DNA from: Psammoneis japonica
Lineage: Eukaryota
Assembly (NCBI GenBank): GCA_008632985.1
Contig: QPGO01000003.1
Coordinates: 1-64,000, forward strand
DNA length: 64,000 nt
Direction of reading: 5' to 3'
Numbering within the stretch: position 1 is the stretch's first letter; every line of letters starts with the position of its first letter. Below are positions 1 through 12,724 of the stretch, one piece after another. A model generated the notes under the pieces. That model had not been told where the DNA came from. It was given only the letters and a program-made list of their open reading frames with translations, and searched no databases. Position numbers and translations under genes: made by a program.

Positions 1-221
1 CCTGGTTTTTTAGCAGAGTGTGTCCGCACGCACTGGTGCATTGTGCAACGGGCCTGTTTTTTGGTGAGTGTGGCGAGAAGGGGACAAAAAAGGACGACGG
101 GCCAACAAAAGGCAAAAAGCAGTGACAGACACGCAAGCAATCTGGCAATGTTCAAAGCTGCCACTGCGGTCGTTGCAACAAATGCAGTGCTTTCAGAGCA
201 AAAAATTGTCGCCGAATCAGT

Positions 222-413
222 TCAAGCTCTCTTGTTGCACTGGAATGGGTGACAAAAAGGAGCTTTGATGCAATGATCCGAGGCAGCGCCGTTCTCAGAT
301 TTCAGGAACACCCACGGCCAGCACGGTGCAAGCCGACACCCATTCTGAGGACATTGTGTGAATGCAGAGGCACTGGAACAGTGTTCGTCATGATGGTGCT
401 TTCTGGCTTGGGA
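222..413 (+). pseudogene. Truncated partial copy of the P-loop NTPase gene, cut inside Walker A by a MITE end
   Basis: GTVFVMMVLSGLG (about 367-413) matches GAVFVVMAPSGLGKT at about 762-810. The sequence switches to the MITE terminus at 414. Confidence 0.6.
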
Positions 414-545
414 GACACATTCCAGGTCTAGTTGGGACCTCCCACTGCTGAGCTGTGACATCGACAGTTTTTTGAATCGCATCGCATGTCACGCGCACAC
501 ATTTCTACGTGATTTTGGCAAAATTTTGTGTCATTTTATAGCACA
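414..545. mobile_element. Eroded left-end fragment of the GAC...GTC MITE family
   Basis: gacacattccaggtctagttgggacctc...ctgtgaca...acatttctacgtg aligns with the left end of the element at 46752. Confidence 0.75.
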
Positions 546-643
546 ATTGTCAGGCGATCCATTCAACAACTTTTGACATTTTTTTCTTCTACAAGAATGG
601 CGTGGGGCATGCACATTGTCCAAAGCTTCAAGTGTGAACAGGG

Positions 644-1530
644 ATGCATGCACTGCAAACTTGGCCATTCATTTTGTGTCAAAGACAAACATGTCCATTG
701 ACCAGATTACGAACTGCAGAGCTCACATGCAGAATTCTGCAGGGCAAATGTCACAAAAAGAGAGGCTCTGGAGCAGTGTTCGTTGTGATGGCACCTTCTG
801 GCTTGGGAAAAACAACAGCTGCCAAGCAGTTTTTCCATCAGTTTGAGCAACGAACACAAGGCGTTGCAATTTGCTTGCAAGTTTCATCAATCATGGAGCC
901 TCATGTTTGCCCAATGCTTTTGGCCTTGGGCCTGAATCCTGCCAACCCGCCAAAGGGTTGGCTCAAATGCTGCATCAATTGTCTCCACAATGCAGGCAAT
1001 GACAAGCCAGATCAGCAAACCTGTTTGGTGCTCGACGATTTTGGTGGGACTGGGGAAGATGCAGAACTCATCATGGCACTCAAAAGCCAGGCACAAAATG
1101 CGAACACGCTGTGATCATTGCACTTGCCAGAGCCAAGGAAGACACAGATTTTTGCTGTCCCAAAATGATTTGGTGTCCACAATTCCCTTGTCAAATGCCT
1201 GCCCAGACTGTCAAAATCTGTTTCCGAACAGTGAATGGGCAAGCATGCACTCGGACACTCTGATGCACAAAATGTCAGCAAGACTTCAGCCACGCTTTGT
1301 CAAGGAATTCACAAGAGATCAAATTGAAAATGCCATCGATCAACATGTTGGAAGCCCCGCACCACAGCAGATGGACCAATTGGATCCTCCATCTGTGTGG
1401 CATGTGCTGGAAGCAGTTCTTTTGTCGCCCGCCAAACCCAGCTGGAATGTTGATGCAGCAGCCACTTTGTCAGGGGAGGGACCACTGGCAGAGAGTGGTG
1501 GTGGTTGTGCTCAGTGCATTGTTGTTTGGC
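644..1530 (+). pseudogene. Decayed P-loop NTPase (AAA-like) gene
   Basis: Walker A APSGLGKTT and Walker B LVLDD. It continues after a frameshift near 1110 and has no Tyr codons. Confidence 0.6.
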
Positions 1531-2799
1531 CGTGCACCTTTGGGTTGCAAGCACAGTTCAAAGGCCAGAGCCTGCAGATGAGCCAATGGCAACCACAGCT
1601 CCGCCACCTGCAGATGAGCTCTGACCATGCCCAAAAATTCAATGGCCACCAGTCAAACCACACCCACCGACATTGCCAACCCACAAGAGCCAACCACAAT
1701 CACAAAACAACAAAGTGCCATCTGAACATCCCACTGGCATGGGCGCACCACACACCATTGTCACAGCTGAGCCAACCATCACCACAATCACAGAAGGGCT
1801 GCCAACTCTTTTGCCAGCTGAAGAAACCAAAACATCAACTCCTGCTGTCACAGGAGCACAAGCACCAATCCTCAGCAACACCATCCATGGCACCAGCACC
1901 CTCTGCTGTGGATGGACAGCCTCTCATCATCATGTTGCCAGTGAGAGACACCCTGCTGGCAGTTGAGGAAGCCCAACCATGGAGCCAGAAGAGCCAGACA
2001 ATGGCACAAATCTGCCAATTGTGGCGCCAATGACACAAGCTCCTCCAGCCACTGCAGAAGAGCCAACAATGCAAGCTCTGGCCACTGCAGAGCCAAGAAC
2101 ATCACAAGCTCTGATTGCCATTGATGCAGGTCACACAAACCCATGTGAAGATGGCCAGAAAAAGCTGGCATGCTGCATCAAGTGCAGGGTGACACTGGGC
2201 AGTTTCCTCCATTGCCCGCTTGCCCTTGAGGCTTGAAACAAAAGCTCCGTCATTGTTCGTGGTGCACCAGGACTTCTTCAGCCAGCACAAGAGTGCTGCC
2301 ATGTCCACAGAAGTGTTTTCAGTGCACTGCCCACCTGCCAAACAGAAACTCAACACACCAAAAAACTCTGCTGAAGCAGAGCTGGTTCTTGGGATGGATG
2401 GCAGCATGCCGCCAGTGGTTTGGATCAGAAAGTTTCTGGAAAGGCTCACAGTCACTGACACAATGAAGTTTGCTGGGACAACTGGAGCGCAACACTTCTC
2501 AAGTGCAACAGCCATGCCTCCAGTGGGAGGAGAACACATCGTGTGGACATCTGCTGATGCTGCTGGTTTGTCATGGACCAAGAGTCAAAAAAGAAGACCC
2601 TTCTGAGGAGATGGTTGCTGATTTTTTTGCCAAGAAGCCCCTGTGCAGCAGCTTGTTGAAAAGGTTTGTGTGTTGGGCCTCTAGGATGGGGGGGAAGGAC
2701 CCCAAGCTCTCTGTGGTGGTGTGCTGGAACCCAGGCTCATGCCAGCACAGTGCAAAGCGCAGACTGTGTTGAAGACATGAGGCCTTGACAGCCACACCA

Positions 2800-3094
2800 G
2801 CCACACTCCAGCTCTGGCTGGGACCTCACACTGCTGTGCTGAGACATGAGAGAGCTTTTGTGACATGTGCCACCTCATACACACACTTCTGTGCAAGATC
2901 TTTTTTTGCAAATTTGTCCCATGCTGCCCCCTGTTTTGTGGAGGAGTGAGTTTGTGCATTTCGCAAAATTGCCTCTTTTTCTGTTGGCGATTGTTGGCAT
3001 GTTCGTCATTCTCAATTGTTTTGCTGCAGAGCTCACATGAAGCATTCTGTGGACCCATTGTCACATGGAGCCCTGTCCAGTGCCAGAGCATGCC
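2800..3094. mobile_element. Eroded MITE copy (about 295 bp) with 4-bp target-site duplication ACCA
   Basis: Both ends align to the termini of 46752-47145, and it shares the core ttcgcaaaattgcctctttttctgttggcgat. ACCA lies at 2796-2799 and 3095-3098. Confidence 0.8.
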
Positions 3095-5798
3095 ACCACA
3101 GCATCAAAAGATCTTTTTTCTTGGAAGAAGGAGAAGAAAGGGAGGGGGGGGAGAAGATCCAGAGGATCTTCTTGCTGTTGCAAGGAGGAAACCACAAGCT
3201 GACAATGGCGGACCATCTTTGACAAATGCCCTTCTTCAGCATGTCCCGTTGTTGCATCGATGCAGCCCTGGTGTGGCAAGCACAGAAGCTGCTCCTTGCT
3301 GTTTGTTTCACAGCTTTGTTTGTTTCACAGCTTTGGTGGACAAAAAGCACCCCACCAGCGCAGTCCAGCCAGCACATGTGCATGTTTTGCCAAGTGGAGG
3401 AATTTGGCAAAGAGTCTCTTGTTTGGTTTTTCACCAGGCAAGAAGAATGACAATCAACAGCATTGTTGTTGTTGTTGTTGTTGTGACTGCAACCCCACAC
3501 AGTCCATTCGAAACCACGAGCGAGCGATCGAGCGAGCGAGCCGGTGGTCCCACCAAGTTCGTACGTCTACCGTCTACCGTTCACCATCCCTTGCACGTAC
3601 GCATCACGCACTTAGTTATTCGCCCATGGCGCTTGCTTGTTTGCCGTTCCATGTAGAAGACTCTGAAAGTGCTCTCTGCTGTTGCAATTGGTGTAAAGTC
3701 ACTTGATAGGTTTAAACTGTGGCTGGAGAGGATCATCTTCTGTAGAAGACTCTGACTAAAGAATAAAGAACACACCATGATGACAAACCAAGAAACAAAA
3801 CGCCAGACAACGACTCTAAACGGGGCTCCTCCCTTTTGCCGTTTAAAAATGTACGGAGAACACAAGCGAGCAGTCTCAGCTGTGGCCATGTCACCTCGAA
3901 ACGACAAGGAACATCCTCTCGTTGCCTCTGCGTCTGCCGATGGCACTGTCAAGATTTGGGATCTCAGTGATGGCAGCGGTGGTGGCAGCACTGTTGTCGG
4001 TTCTTTGGACAATAATGGCGACAATGTGCAAGCAGCCAATTCACAACTGGGAACCTCATTGCTTCCTTCACTGGTCCTGATGGGTCACTCGCGAGGTGTC
4101 AATGATGTGGCATGGTCGAAAACTGGAGATTATGTGGCTACAGCATCCGATGACAAGACGCTAAGGTTGTGGGATGTAAACACCGGAGAGGCTCTTGTTG
4201 AGTTTCGGGGGCATTTGAACTTTGTCTTTTGTACGAAATTCAATGCAGCCTTTAGCAACAATTTATTGGTAAGCGGAGGATTTGATGAGACTGTCAAACT
4301 ATGGGATGTTCGAACGGGTGATTGTGTATCGACTCTTCCGGCCCATTCCGATCCAGTCACGGGCGTTGACTTTAATCGCAAAATTGCCTCTTTTTCTGTT
4401 GGCGATTGTTGGCATGTTGTTCGTCATTCTCAATTGTTTTGCTGCAGAGCTCACATGAAGCATTCTGTGGACCCATTGTCACATGGAGCCCTGTCCAGTG
4501 CCAGAGCATGCCACCACAGCATCAAAAGATCTTTTTTCTTGGAAGAAGGAGAAGAAAGGGAGGGGGGGGGAGAAGATCCAGAGGATCTTCTTGCTGTTGC
4601 AAGGAGGAAACCACAAGCTGACAATGGCGGACCATCTTTGACAAATGCCCTTCTTCAGCATGTCCCGTTGTTGCATCGATGCAGCCCTGGTGTGGCAAGC
4701 ACAGAAGCTGCTCCTTGCTGTTTGTTTCACAGCTTTGTTTGTTTCACAGCTTTGGTGGACAAAAAGCACCCCACCAGCGCAGTCCAGCCAGCACATGTGC
4801 ATGTTTTGCCAAGTGGAGGAATTTGGCAAAGAGTCTCTTGTTTGGTTTTTCACCAGGCAAGAAGAATGACAATCAACAGCATTGTTGTTGTTGTTGTTGT
4901 TGTGACTGCAACCCCACACAGTCCATTCGAAACCACGAGCGAGCGATCGAGCGAGCGAGCCGGTGGTCCCACCAAGTTCGTACGTCTACCGTCTACCGTT
5001 CACCATCCCTTGCACGTACGCATCACGCACTTCGTTATTCGCCCATGGCGCTTGCTTGTTTGCCGTTCCATATAGAAGACTCTGAAAGTGCTCTCTACTG
5101 TTGCAATTGGTGTAAAGTCACTTGATAGGTTTAAACTGTGGCTGGAGAGGATCATCTTCTGTAGAAGACTCTGACTAAAGAATAAAGAACACACCATGAT
5201 GACAAACCAAGAAACAAAACGCCAGACAACGACTCTAAACGGGGCTCCTCCCTTTTGCCGTTTAAAAATGTACGGAGAACACAAGCGAGCAGTCTCAGCT
5301 GTGGCCATGTCACCTCGAAACGACAAGGAACATCCTCTCGTTGCCTCTGCGTCTGCCGATGGCACTGTCAAGATTTGGGATCTCAGTGATGGTAGCGGTG
5401 GTGGCAGCACTATTATCGGTTCTTTGGATAATAATAATAATAATATGCAAGCAGCCAATTCACAACTGGGAACCTCATTGCTTCCTTCACTGGTCCTGAT
5501 GGGTCACTCGCGAGGTATCAATGATGTGGCATGGTCGAAAACTGGAGATTATGTGGCTACAGCATCCGATGACAAGACGCTAAGGTTGTGGGATGTAAAT
5601 ACCGGAGAGGCTCTTGTTGAGTTTCGGGGGCATTTGAACTTTGTCTTTTGTACGAAATTCAATGCAGCCTTTAGCAACAATTTATTGGTAAGCGGAGGAT
5701 TTGATGAGACTGTCAAACTATGGGATGTTCGAACGGGTGATTGTGTATCGACTCTTCCGGCCCATTCCGATCCAGTCACGGGCGTTGACTTTAATCGC
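2961..5798 (+). repeat. Tandem duplication, two copies of about 1.42 kb (2961-4375 and 4376-5794), with TCGC microhomology
   Basis: Near-identical copies. TCGC occurs at 2961, 4376 and 5795. Confidence 0.95.
3777..4379 (+). pseudogene. WDR5: 3'-truncated duplicate of WDR5
   Basis: Same N-terminal WD40 repeats as the gene at 5196, ending at VDFNR at the duplication junction. Confidence 0.85.
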
Positions 5799-6411
5799 GA
5801 CGGAAGTTGCGTGGTGAGTGGATCACACGATGGCCTTATACGGATATGGGACACCGCCACGGGAGAATGCCTGAAAACAATCTATGCCATGGGAATCCAC
5901 CCGTTTCCTCGGTCAAGTACTCTCCGAATGGCAAGTACGTGCTAGCCGGAACACTCGATTCAAAATGCCGTCTGTGGCACATGGCGTCCAAGGAACACCA
6001 ATCTACCGACAAGACGTTGGTTGGTGCGTCTTCGTCCAATCGTGGTGGCGGTGGCAAGTGCACGCGCATCTACTCTTCTCCGGATCATGTCAATTCCAAG
6101 TACTGTATTGCCAGTGATTTTTGCAATTCTCCGTATCGCAACTGCGTCGTGACGGGATCCGAGCGCGGTTCTATCGTTCTCTATGACATTCAAAGCCAAA
6201 AAGTTCATCAAGTTTTGGAGGGGGGACACTCGGATGCGGTGTTGGCGGTTGCGTCGCATCAAAACAAGAGTTTATTGCTTCGGGTGGCATGACACAAGAC
6301 AAAACTGTGCAATTCTGGAAACCAAATCGTGAGCAACAGCAAGAACCGGGGCATGAAGAACAAAAAGAAGGGCCTGCTAGTGATAGCAACAAGAGACCAA
6401 AGTTACAATAG
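5196..6411 (+). CDS. WDR5: WD40-repeat protein WDR5 (COMPASS subunit); apparent frameshifts near 5890 and 6270
   Basis: Motifs GINDVAWS, ASDDKTLRLWD, LPAHSDPVTGVDFNRDG, IRIWDTATGECLKT, NPPVSSVKYSPNGKY and IASGGMTQDKTVQFW. Stop TAG at 6409-6411. Confidence 0.9.
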
Positions 6412-6847
6412 AATGAAGGTGCTATTCTTTTAATTCTCAGATTAAGGGATGCATCATGCGACATTCGCCCATATGAAGAAACAACACGAGTTGGAGACAC
6501 CGCAGTCTCTAGCTGCCTGCATGGCTGACTTTGTGTGTTTTCGTCCTGTCGTGGCTCCGGAGCTTTATCAGAATAAACACGTTTTGACGATCTATGCATA
6601 CTCTAGTAGACACAAGGACAGAAACTAACAATAGAACCGCCCAATGAAGTGACCCGTTCAATCTCATGAAGTAGACCCGTTCTACTACAGTCCTACTACG
6701 GTATTAAAATAGGTAGCCAAGTACGCACATCACATCATGTCCCTGCATCTCTCTCTTATACCCTATCTGTACCGAATTCTAGCTTGGTACCTATTTAGAG
6801 AGATCCAATGGAAATCTGAACCTGTACCCTGGTACACCCTACAATGT

Positions 6848-6905
6848 TACCCGGTAGGGCCTAGCTAGAGCTAGCAGTGGTAGAGGGCCTGTTAGCTAGC
6901 TAGAG
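6848..6905. repeat. TAG/CTAG-rich low-complexity tract
   Basis: tacccggtagggcctagctagagctagc...ttagctagctagag. Confidence 0.7.
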
Positions 6906-7900
6906 TGCGTACATCTGTTTAAGATCAAGATGTCTGCTGAAAGAGCCGGTATATCTGGACCTTTTCAACCTATTTATACGGACCCCTTTTGAGATCTGTG
7001 CCTAATCTCTTTGGTCATTCCCACTCAACGTGAGTTGAGTTCGTTGCACTTGCAACTCCAATTGATGTGATTCGATCGTGACTCGGAATCACGCACGCAA
7101 CGAGTCTCCCCCACTTTGAAACTCATCGAAGTGCAGGTGAGGGCAGTACGTGGTTTTAAAAATGTCGCAAATCATTCGTGACCTATCTCAACGCTTTTTA
7201 AGTAGTCGAAATTATTTAACGCATCTAATGATTGACGCGATAGTACGTAAATAACATGCTTAAGTAGTGGTCTTTCCAACACGCCCCACTTTTTTGTCTC
7301 ATTTCAGACGCCAGGGTGCGGATTTATTAAGAGAGTCATTGTAGACAGTGGTATTGAAGAGTACCTTGAACGCAGTAGGACAGACAATGATGGCAACTTC
7401 CTCACTACTTAACGAAATATTGTTGCCAACAAGTAATTATGCTCAGAGGCCAATATTTTCCGAAAAGACATGTCGCGGATGTATTGCAGAAAATTCTTGC
7501 AGATAATGGGGACCAAACGGGGCAATTGGAATCTCTTGACGCCAATTTCCTGTCATAAATGGCTTCCTGGGAAATGACGTGGTTATCGGTTCTCTTTTTA
7601 TCCATTTTCAGAATATTTAACGCGGTCATCATTATGCAGCCACAATACCAACTTCTACGTTGCCAATGCACAGAGTCATCTTACCTGAAATAACCCGAGA
7701 ATGACTATTACGACAAAACGAATCGAGATTAGCCAATCAAATCGTTCCAAGAACCCAACAAGCTAGCGAAAGAAGTTCGCAAGAGCAACAATAAGTAAAC
7801 AAAGAAAGTCTTCATTTCTGATCCTTTAAGGGATGTCTTTCTAGTATCACTTTTTATGAAACTTCATTTACTTAACAGCGGCAGTTGAGGCATAGGGCTA

Positions 7901-8413
7901 ATGACGAGGGACTGTTTGGACATCACAAAAAAAGCGAGCTTGATCCCCGACTTGATCGGCACATCGCATAAAAACTCCCACAAACCCAAGAAACGATCAC
8001 TTTTGACTTTCAACCAAAGCCTTACGAAGAAAATGACAGCAACTTCATTAAACCACGACAACGCACATGACAGACAAAGCCCTCCTCACAAGGCTGAAGG
8101 GTGCAGAACGTACGAGAAGAAGCATTACCGCAGTGACTCGTTTGACTTTCAGCAAGAACAATGTTTGCAGGCCCTTCGGGTCGCGCAAATGAACTCTCAG
8201 CTGTTCACTACTGCATTGACTTCAAAAGTCCTTTATGGTAGTGGAAAGTTTGATGATGACACGCTCAACGCATTGCTTGACAACGTTTCCCAAGCCATGG
8301 ATGTTGCCAATCAGTACACCAAGGCAAACTCGTGCATACTCAACGAAAGTACACCGGCACGACACGACGAAAGATTACGCCCCGGGCTCCTAGAATACCC
8401 TCCTTCGGCATAA
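7901..8413 (+). CDS. Hypothetical protein (start possibly at MTATS near 8032)
   Basis: 170-aa ORF with normal composition and no recognisable motif. Confidence 0.4.
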   Translation: MTRDCLDITKKASLIPDLIGTSHKNSHKPKKRSLLTFNQSLTKKMTATSLNHDNAHDRQSPPHKAEGCRTYEKKHYRSDSFDFQQEQCLQALRVAQMNSQLFTTALTSKVLYGSGKFDDDTLNALLDNVSQAMDVANQYTKANSCILNESTPARHDERLRPGLLEYPPSA

Positions 8414-9320
8414 GGCACTCCATGATGGTCTGACTTGGACAGAAGGTGGGTTTCTGGTCGCGACGAAGACACTATGGTAGAGAATTTCTTGCCTGATGCG
8501 GCCACGAGACTTGACGGGGTATGATATAGTTAGTATTAGTCTAAGAAGGATTAGAGTATCAGCATTGAACGTTTCTAATTGTCAGCCTTAGTAAGAGCTA
8601 GACTTATCTAGAATAGTGTGTCTCTAAAGAGGGTGCGAGAATCGAGCTCTATTGTTTAGAGAGGATACAGTATGAAGTTTAGTTCTGGACACCTTTAGGC
8701 CTATGCTTCATTACCATAGGCAACGGACGGAAAAGAGGTGACAAACCGATACAGTATCACGAGCATTGTTGAGACATTGCTGTAACTCTCGTTTTGTCGC
8801 TAAAGCACTTTTCCCGGGAAACAAAGGGTCACCCGAGTGCATGTTGGTCTTGGGTCATGGTCCTGGGAGCGATTGTCGCGTTGATCCCTCCGTCTCTCAC
8901 CTTTGCGCGCGATTCCGGTAATTTTGCTCGAGCCGATCAACTGGGTTGGAACACGACTGAATCACCCAAAAAACGAGAATCTAACCAAATGCTAACACCA
9001 GATGGTGCTCGAGCAAATGTCCTTTGAATCACGAATTCAAAAAGAGATAACTTATCAACTATTCATATGCTCACTGCAATATCTAGAGCGAGAGTAGAGA
9101 GAGAATGCAGACGCAAGAGGATTGAATCCTCACGAGACTGGTCAAGCCGCTGTCCTTTGAATCACGAATGAAGTTTTTACTACTGTTATAAATAGCCTAG
9201 GCCCTACATGTCGACATCTAATACTAATCCGCCCATACTTTCACTACTGTCCTACTCTGCTCTCTGTATATCTTCTTCATATCCCACTGCTGTACTTCTC
9301 TCCTCTCTGTCTTCGTTTTC

Positions 9321-11176
9321 TCATCCCATATTGGCATAATGTTGTTTGAGCACCAAAATACTCCCTCCACAGCATCTTTTTTCATAATGCAAAGTTCCTT
9401 GACAAGTCCCAAAAACTTTTTACGTCGTTCCGGCGTGGCCCGTTTGGTATCAAAAATCTTCATGAGACGTTTGAGTGGAATGGAACCGTGATGAAGCCAA
9501 ATTTCACGACGAATCGCATCGAGACTAATGATGCGTTGACCATTTTCGTCCGTCTCGGGTTCGGGGGGCATATTCGTCGTGGATGCGGCAGGAGTTGGAT
9601 TGCTTTTTTCGGCAGCCTTCTTGGCGGCTTCGGCCGCGGCAGCTTCCATTTTGGCCAAGGGATCCGCTTGAGCAGCAGACGCATTGTTATTGTCTGCTGC
9701 AGCCTTGTCGGACGCGGCAGCAATGGGCGAAGCAGCTCTTGCAGCCGCAGGAGCTTGTTTGGCACTCTGCTGTGAGGATGGTGATGTAGGACGGTCCTTC
9801 TTCTTGGCATCCTCTCCTTATTTGCCTCATCCTCGCTGCCACTGGCCATCATGTTGGTCGGCGAATCCCCCCGTGCCTTGGCCAACATGGCACGAAATCC
9901 CGCCACCGTTGCAAGACCTGCCGCACCACTTAAATCTCCCACATTATCGTCCTCGTCCTCCTCCTCATCTTCTTCTTCATCCTCATTGTCGGCCGCAAAG
10001 CCACCGGTATCCACCACCATTTCGGCTCACCCAAATCAACATCATCATCATCAAATAGTTCATTGGCATCATAATCCAATTCTTCATATTCGGCTTGAAC
10101 ATCACGTTGATAAAAATCATCCGCCATGGCTAATCCGTCATTGCCCATGCCCGTATTTGCTTTTTGTCTTGATCGTTTTTCGTCGTCTTGTTATCCTCTT
10201 CATTGGTGACTTTACCAAAATGACGTTTACCACCAAATTCGGCATGATTGGTTCCACCCAAAACACCCTCCTCATCCATGGTCACGACACCATCATCGGT
10301 TGTCAAACTGGAAAGCAATTCTCGTCGTGCCGCAATGATGATGATTTGCGTCCAGGACGACGAAAGGCAACATCCGCCATGACATCATCATCGTCATCAT
10401 CATTCTCATCTGTTTTCAATGACAATTTGTTCAAGAGACGTGATTTTGTATTACCAGAAGCAGAAGTAGTATTCTTGTGCATCATGAAACGTGTCATTTT
10501 TCCACGTGCATCTTGCATGGCTTGTTCGGCTTGTGTCATGGACAAGGCTTGTCCTTGACGGGGTTGCGACATGGCCACTAGTGCATTCGGTGGCATGGTT
10601 TGTACCGAAATTTGATTTTTTCCGGAAAAAGAAAGAATGACGTAACGACTCGGATTGTATTCCGAACACCTTCGTACCGTGACGAGGGTGCGTTGGCATT
10701 CCAAGTATTGTTGTTAGACTTTTTTTTCGAAATCATGTATTGTACAAATTCTTCTTCTTCTTGTAATACCCATTGACGTTGGGGAGTATCGTTGTTACGA
10801 CGACGGCGTTTGGATTTTTGTTGTTGTACTGCTGATTCGGCTTCATCTTCAGACGAATCCACTTGAGCCTTGGGTACATCTTGTTGATACAGACGTGCTG
10901 AAGTCTTCCAATTTGTAGAAGAAACAAAATCAGGACGAACCACGGATTCACCAAATTTGAGAACTTGAGGAAAACTATCTAGGGGTGGAATGTGTTGTTG
11001 CTTTGTCTTTTTTTTGTTGTTGTTGGCAACGGGATCGAGTTGGTTTGTAATGGTAGAACCCTTGACAAGAGTCATGCGTAACGATTCACCCGGTTGAAGG
11101 AGCTTTCCACGACGAGTCAAAACAAATCCATACCACCGACGACACTACTACTTGAAGAAACAACATTCGACGACAT
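9321..11176 (-). CDS. Transcription factor TFIIF large subunit (RAP74/Tfg1)-like; several frameshifts
   Basis: RQWVLQ, YEG...SRYVIL and LSMTQAEQ segments, an acidic EELDYDANELFDDDD region, and a C-terminal winged-helix-like ISLDAIRREIW...LVKELC. Confidence 0.7.
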
Positions 11177-11532
11177 GGTAAAAAAGACAACTTGTAAATG
11201 ATGCAAAAGGTATGATATCGCAATTCAGTGATGCTTTGCAAAATGGCTATCTGCGACGCTTCTCATCACACCGAAAAGTATGGGGCGTAAAAGTTGCACG
11301 AGCATGCGTTTGGGTGTCAGATCAGCAAACGGGGGGAAATTTTACCCATTCTACATACAAGTGATACTGAATCATGACGTCACTAGAAGATATTTGTCCA
11401 CCCCGTCTTCTCTCAAAAGATACCATCCGTATGCTCGTCGTCCGTCACCATGAACAACAAAACAAAACGTTGAGCGCCCGCTGTTATTGTTGCTCTATTA
11501 GAACTTATACAAGTTAACAACAACAACACACC

Positions 11533-12035
11533 ATGTCATCCTCCTCATCATCATCTTGGCCTCCTCTTTCGATTGCAACGTATACGGAATCGATTTTATA
11601 CGAATGTCAAGCCATGGAAATGATGCCTCTGCTGGCAGACGACGAAATGGCACAAGTGCTTCCCATGGTTCAGATTGCGGCACTCTTGCATCAGGGTGAA
11701 ACCATTCATGCTCATCATGTCTATCAGCGATATTTTGCTTCCACTAAAAATAATCATCACAACTCTTGCACGATTGGCATGCCGTGACGTGTTGTATGAA
11801 TGACATGACGTCTCTGTCACAACTCGAAAAGGCATTCACAGTATGCAAAAATCACGCAGAACCCTTTGCGACCTATGCCATCGAGGTGGAAACGAAATTC
11901 AAACAACGACATTCAGTCATTCAAGACAAGAATTTGATCAAACCCAACAAGAACAAAATGAAAGAAGAATCCAATCGTCGTCCTGATACGACGACGTTGA
12001 TTTCCTTTTTGGAAACCAAACGATGGAACGCGTAG
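11533..12035 (+). CDS. Small hypothetical protein (frameshifted)
   Basis: Two overlapping ORFs that join into about 165 aa, divergent from the TFIIF-like gene. Confidence 0.35.
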
Positions 12036-12724
12036 TATTGTAACTTTTGCGTCCTAGATTATTGTGGAGTGTGTGTACAAGTATTCAGGACATGATCAAG
12101 GTACAAGAAGTAGAATATATGCCGAGTGTAGACAAGGTCGTTTTTGAATACTATATAGATACAGTCAGTTTCTTGACTTCCTCTAAAGTAGAGCGTAGAA
12201 GTGTTCTGCCAACTCTCTCTACTTTTGTTACCGGCATTGCAAATCGCCATACTTCTAGAGGGGCAATCATGACACACATATCAGGAGTCAATTATTTGAT
12301 CATAAGATGCTTTGCCTTTCCTTGAGAATTAAGGGATCCTAGGCTGAGTTCTTCGGGCTTGCGGGAAGCCGCACTGTATGGTGCCGGCTGTACGATTTGT
12401 ATAATGCCAATGAAACAAAAGCAGACGGATATCTCTCTCGTACAAACAATACCGGTACAACTGAGTTACAGTATCCACAAAATGGAAACATTGCTGATAC
12501 CATGATATCTACTAAGAATAGAAAACACTAACGCCCTTTTTGCGACTGTTTGCATGCTTTCTTAAAGCCGTACTAAATTAGAAGTTTTGTTAAGAATTAT
12601 ACTATGCCAATCGAAAAATGTAAAAAAACAGATTCATCACCAGTCCATCCAAATGCAATCTATTGAAGAGAAAACAAATCGCCCCTGCTTGCAACTCTCT
12701 CTCTGTTTTAGGTACACGATGCTG

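Larger units (their letters stand above)
1..3560. other. TpA-depleted domain A (decayed genes and TE remnants; CpG also reduced over most of it)
   Basis: Only about 9 TA dinucleotides seen by eye in 3.5 kb. TG/CA are in excess, and ORFs lack Tyr and are rich in Cys/His/Gln. Confidence 0.95.

Noticed and set aside
1..3560. TA-free blocks as a simple basecalling artefact
   Set aside because: Not preferred: the same blocks show CpG decay, graded erosion between copies and an untouched MITE inside one block. It is not fully excluded, since a modified base miscalled as G/C would need short-read checking.
3777..5075. 432-aa WDR5 fusion ORF as a novel chimeric protein
   Set aside because: It is read-through from the duplication junction into stop-poor, TA-free MITE and intergenic sequence.
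2961..5798. Classical fungal RIP (CA>TA) acting on copy 2
   Set aside because: The conserved GI(N/S)D residue, the intact (AAT)5 and the MITE comparison all indicate TA is the ancestral state.
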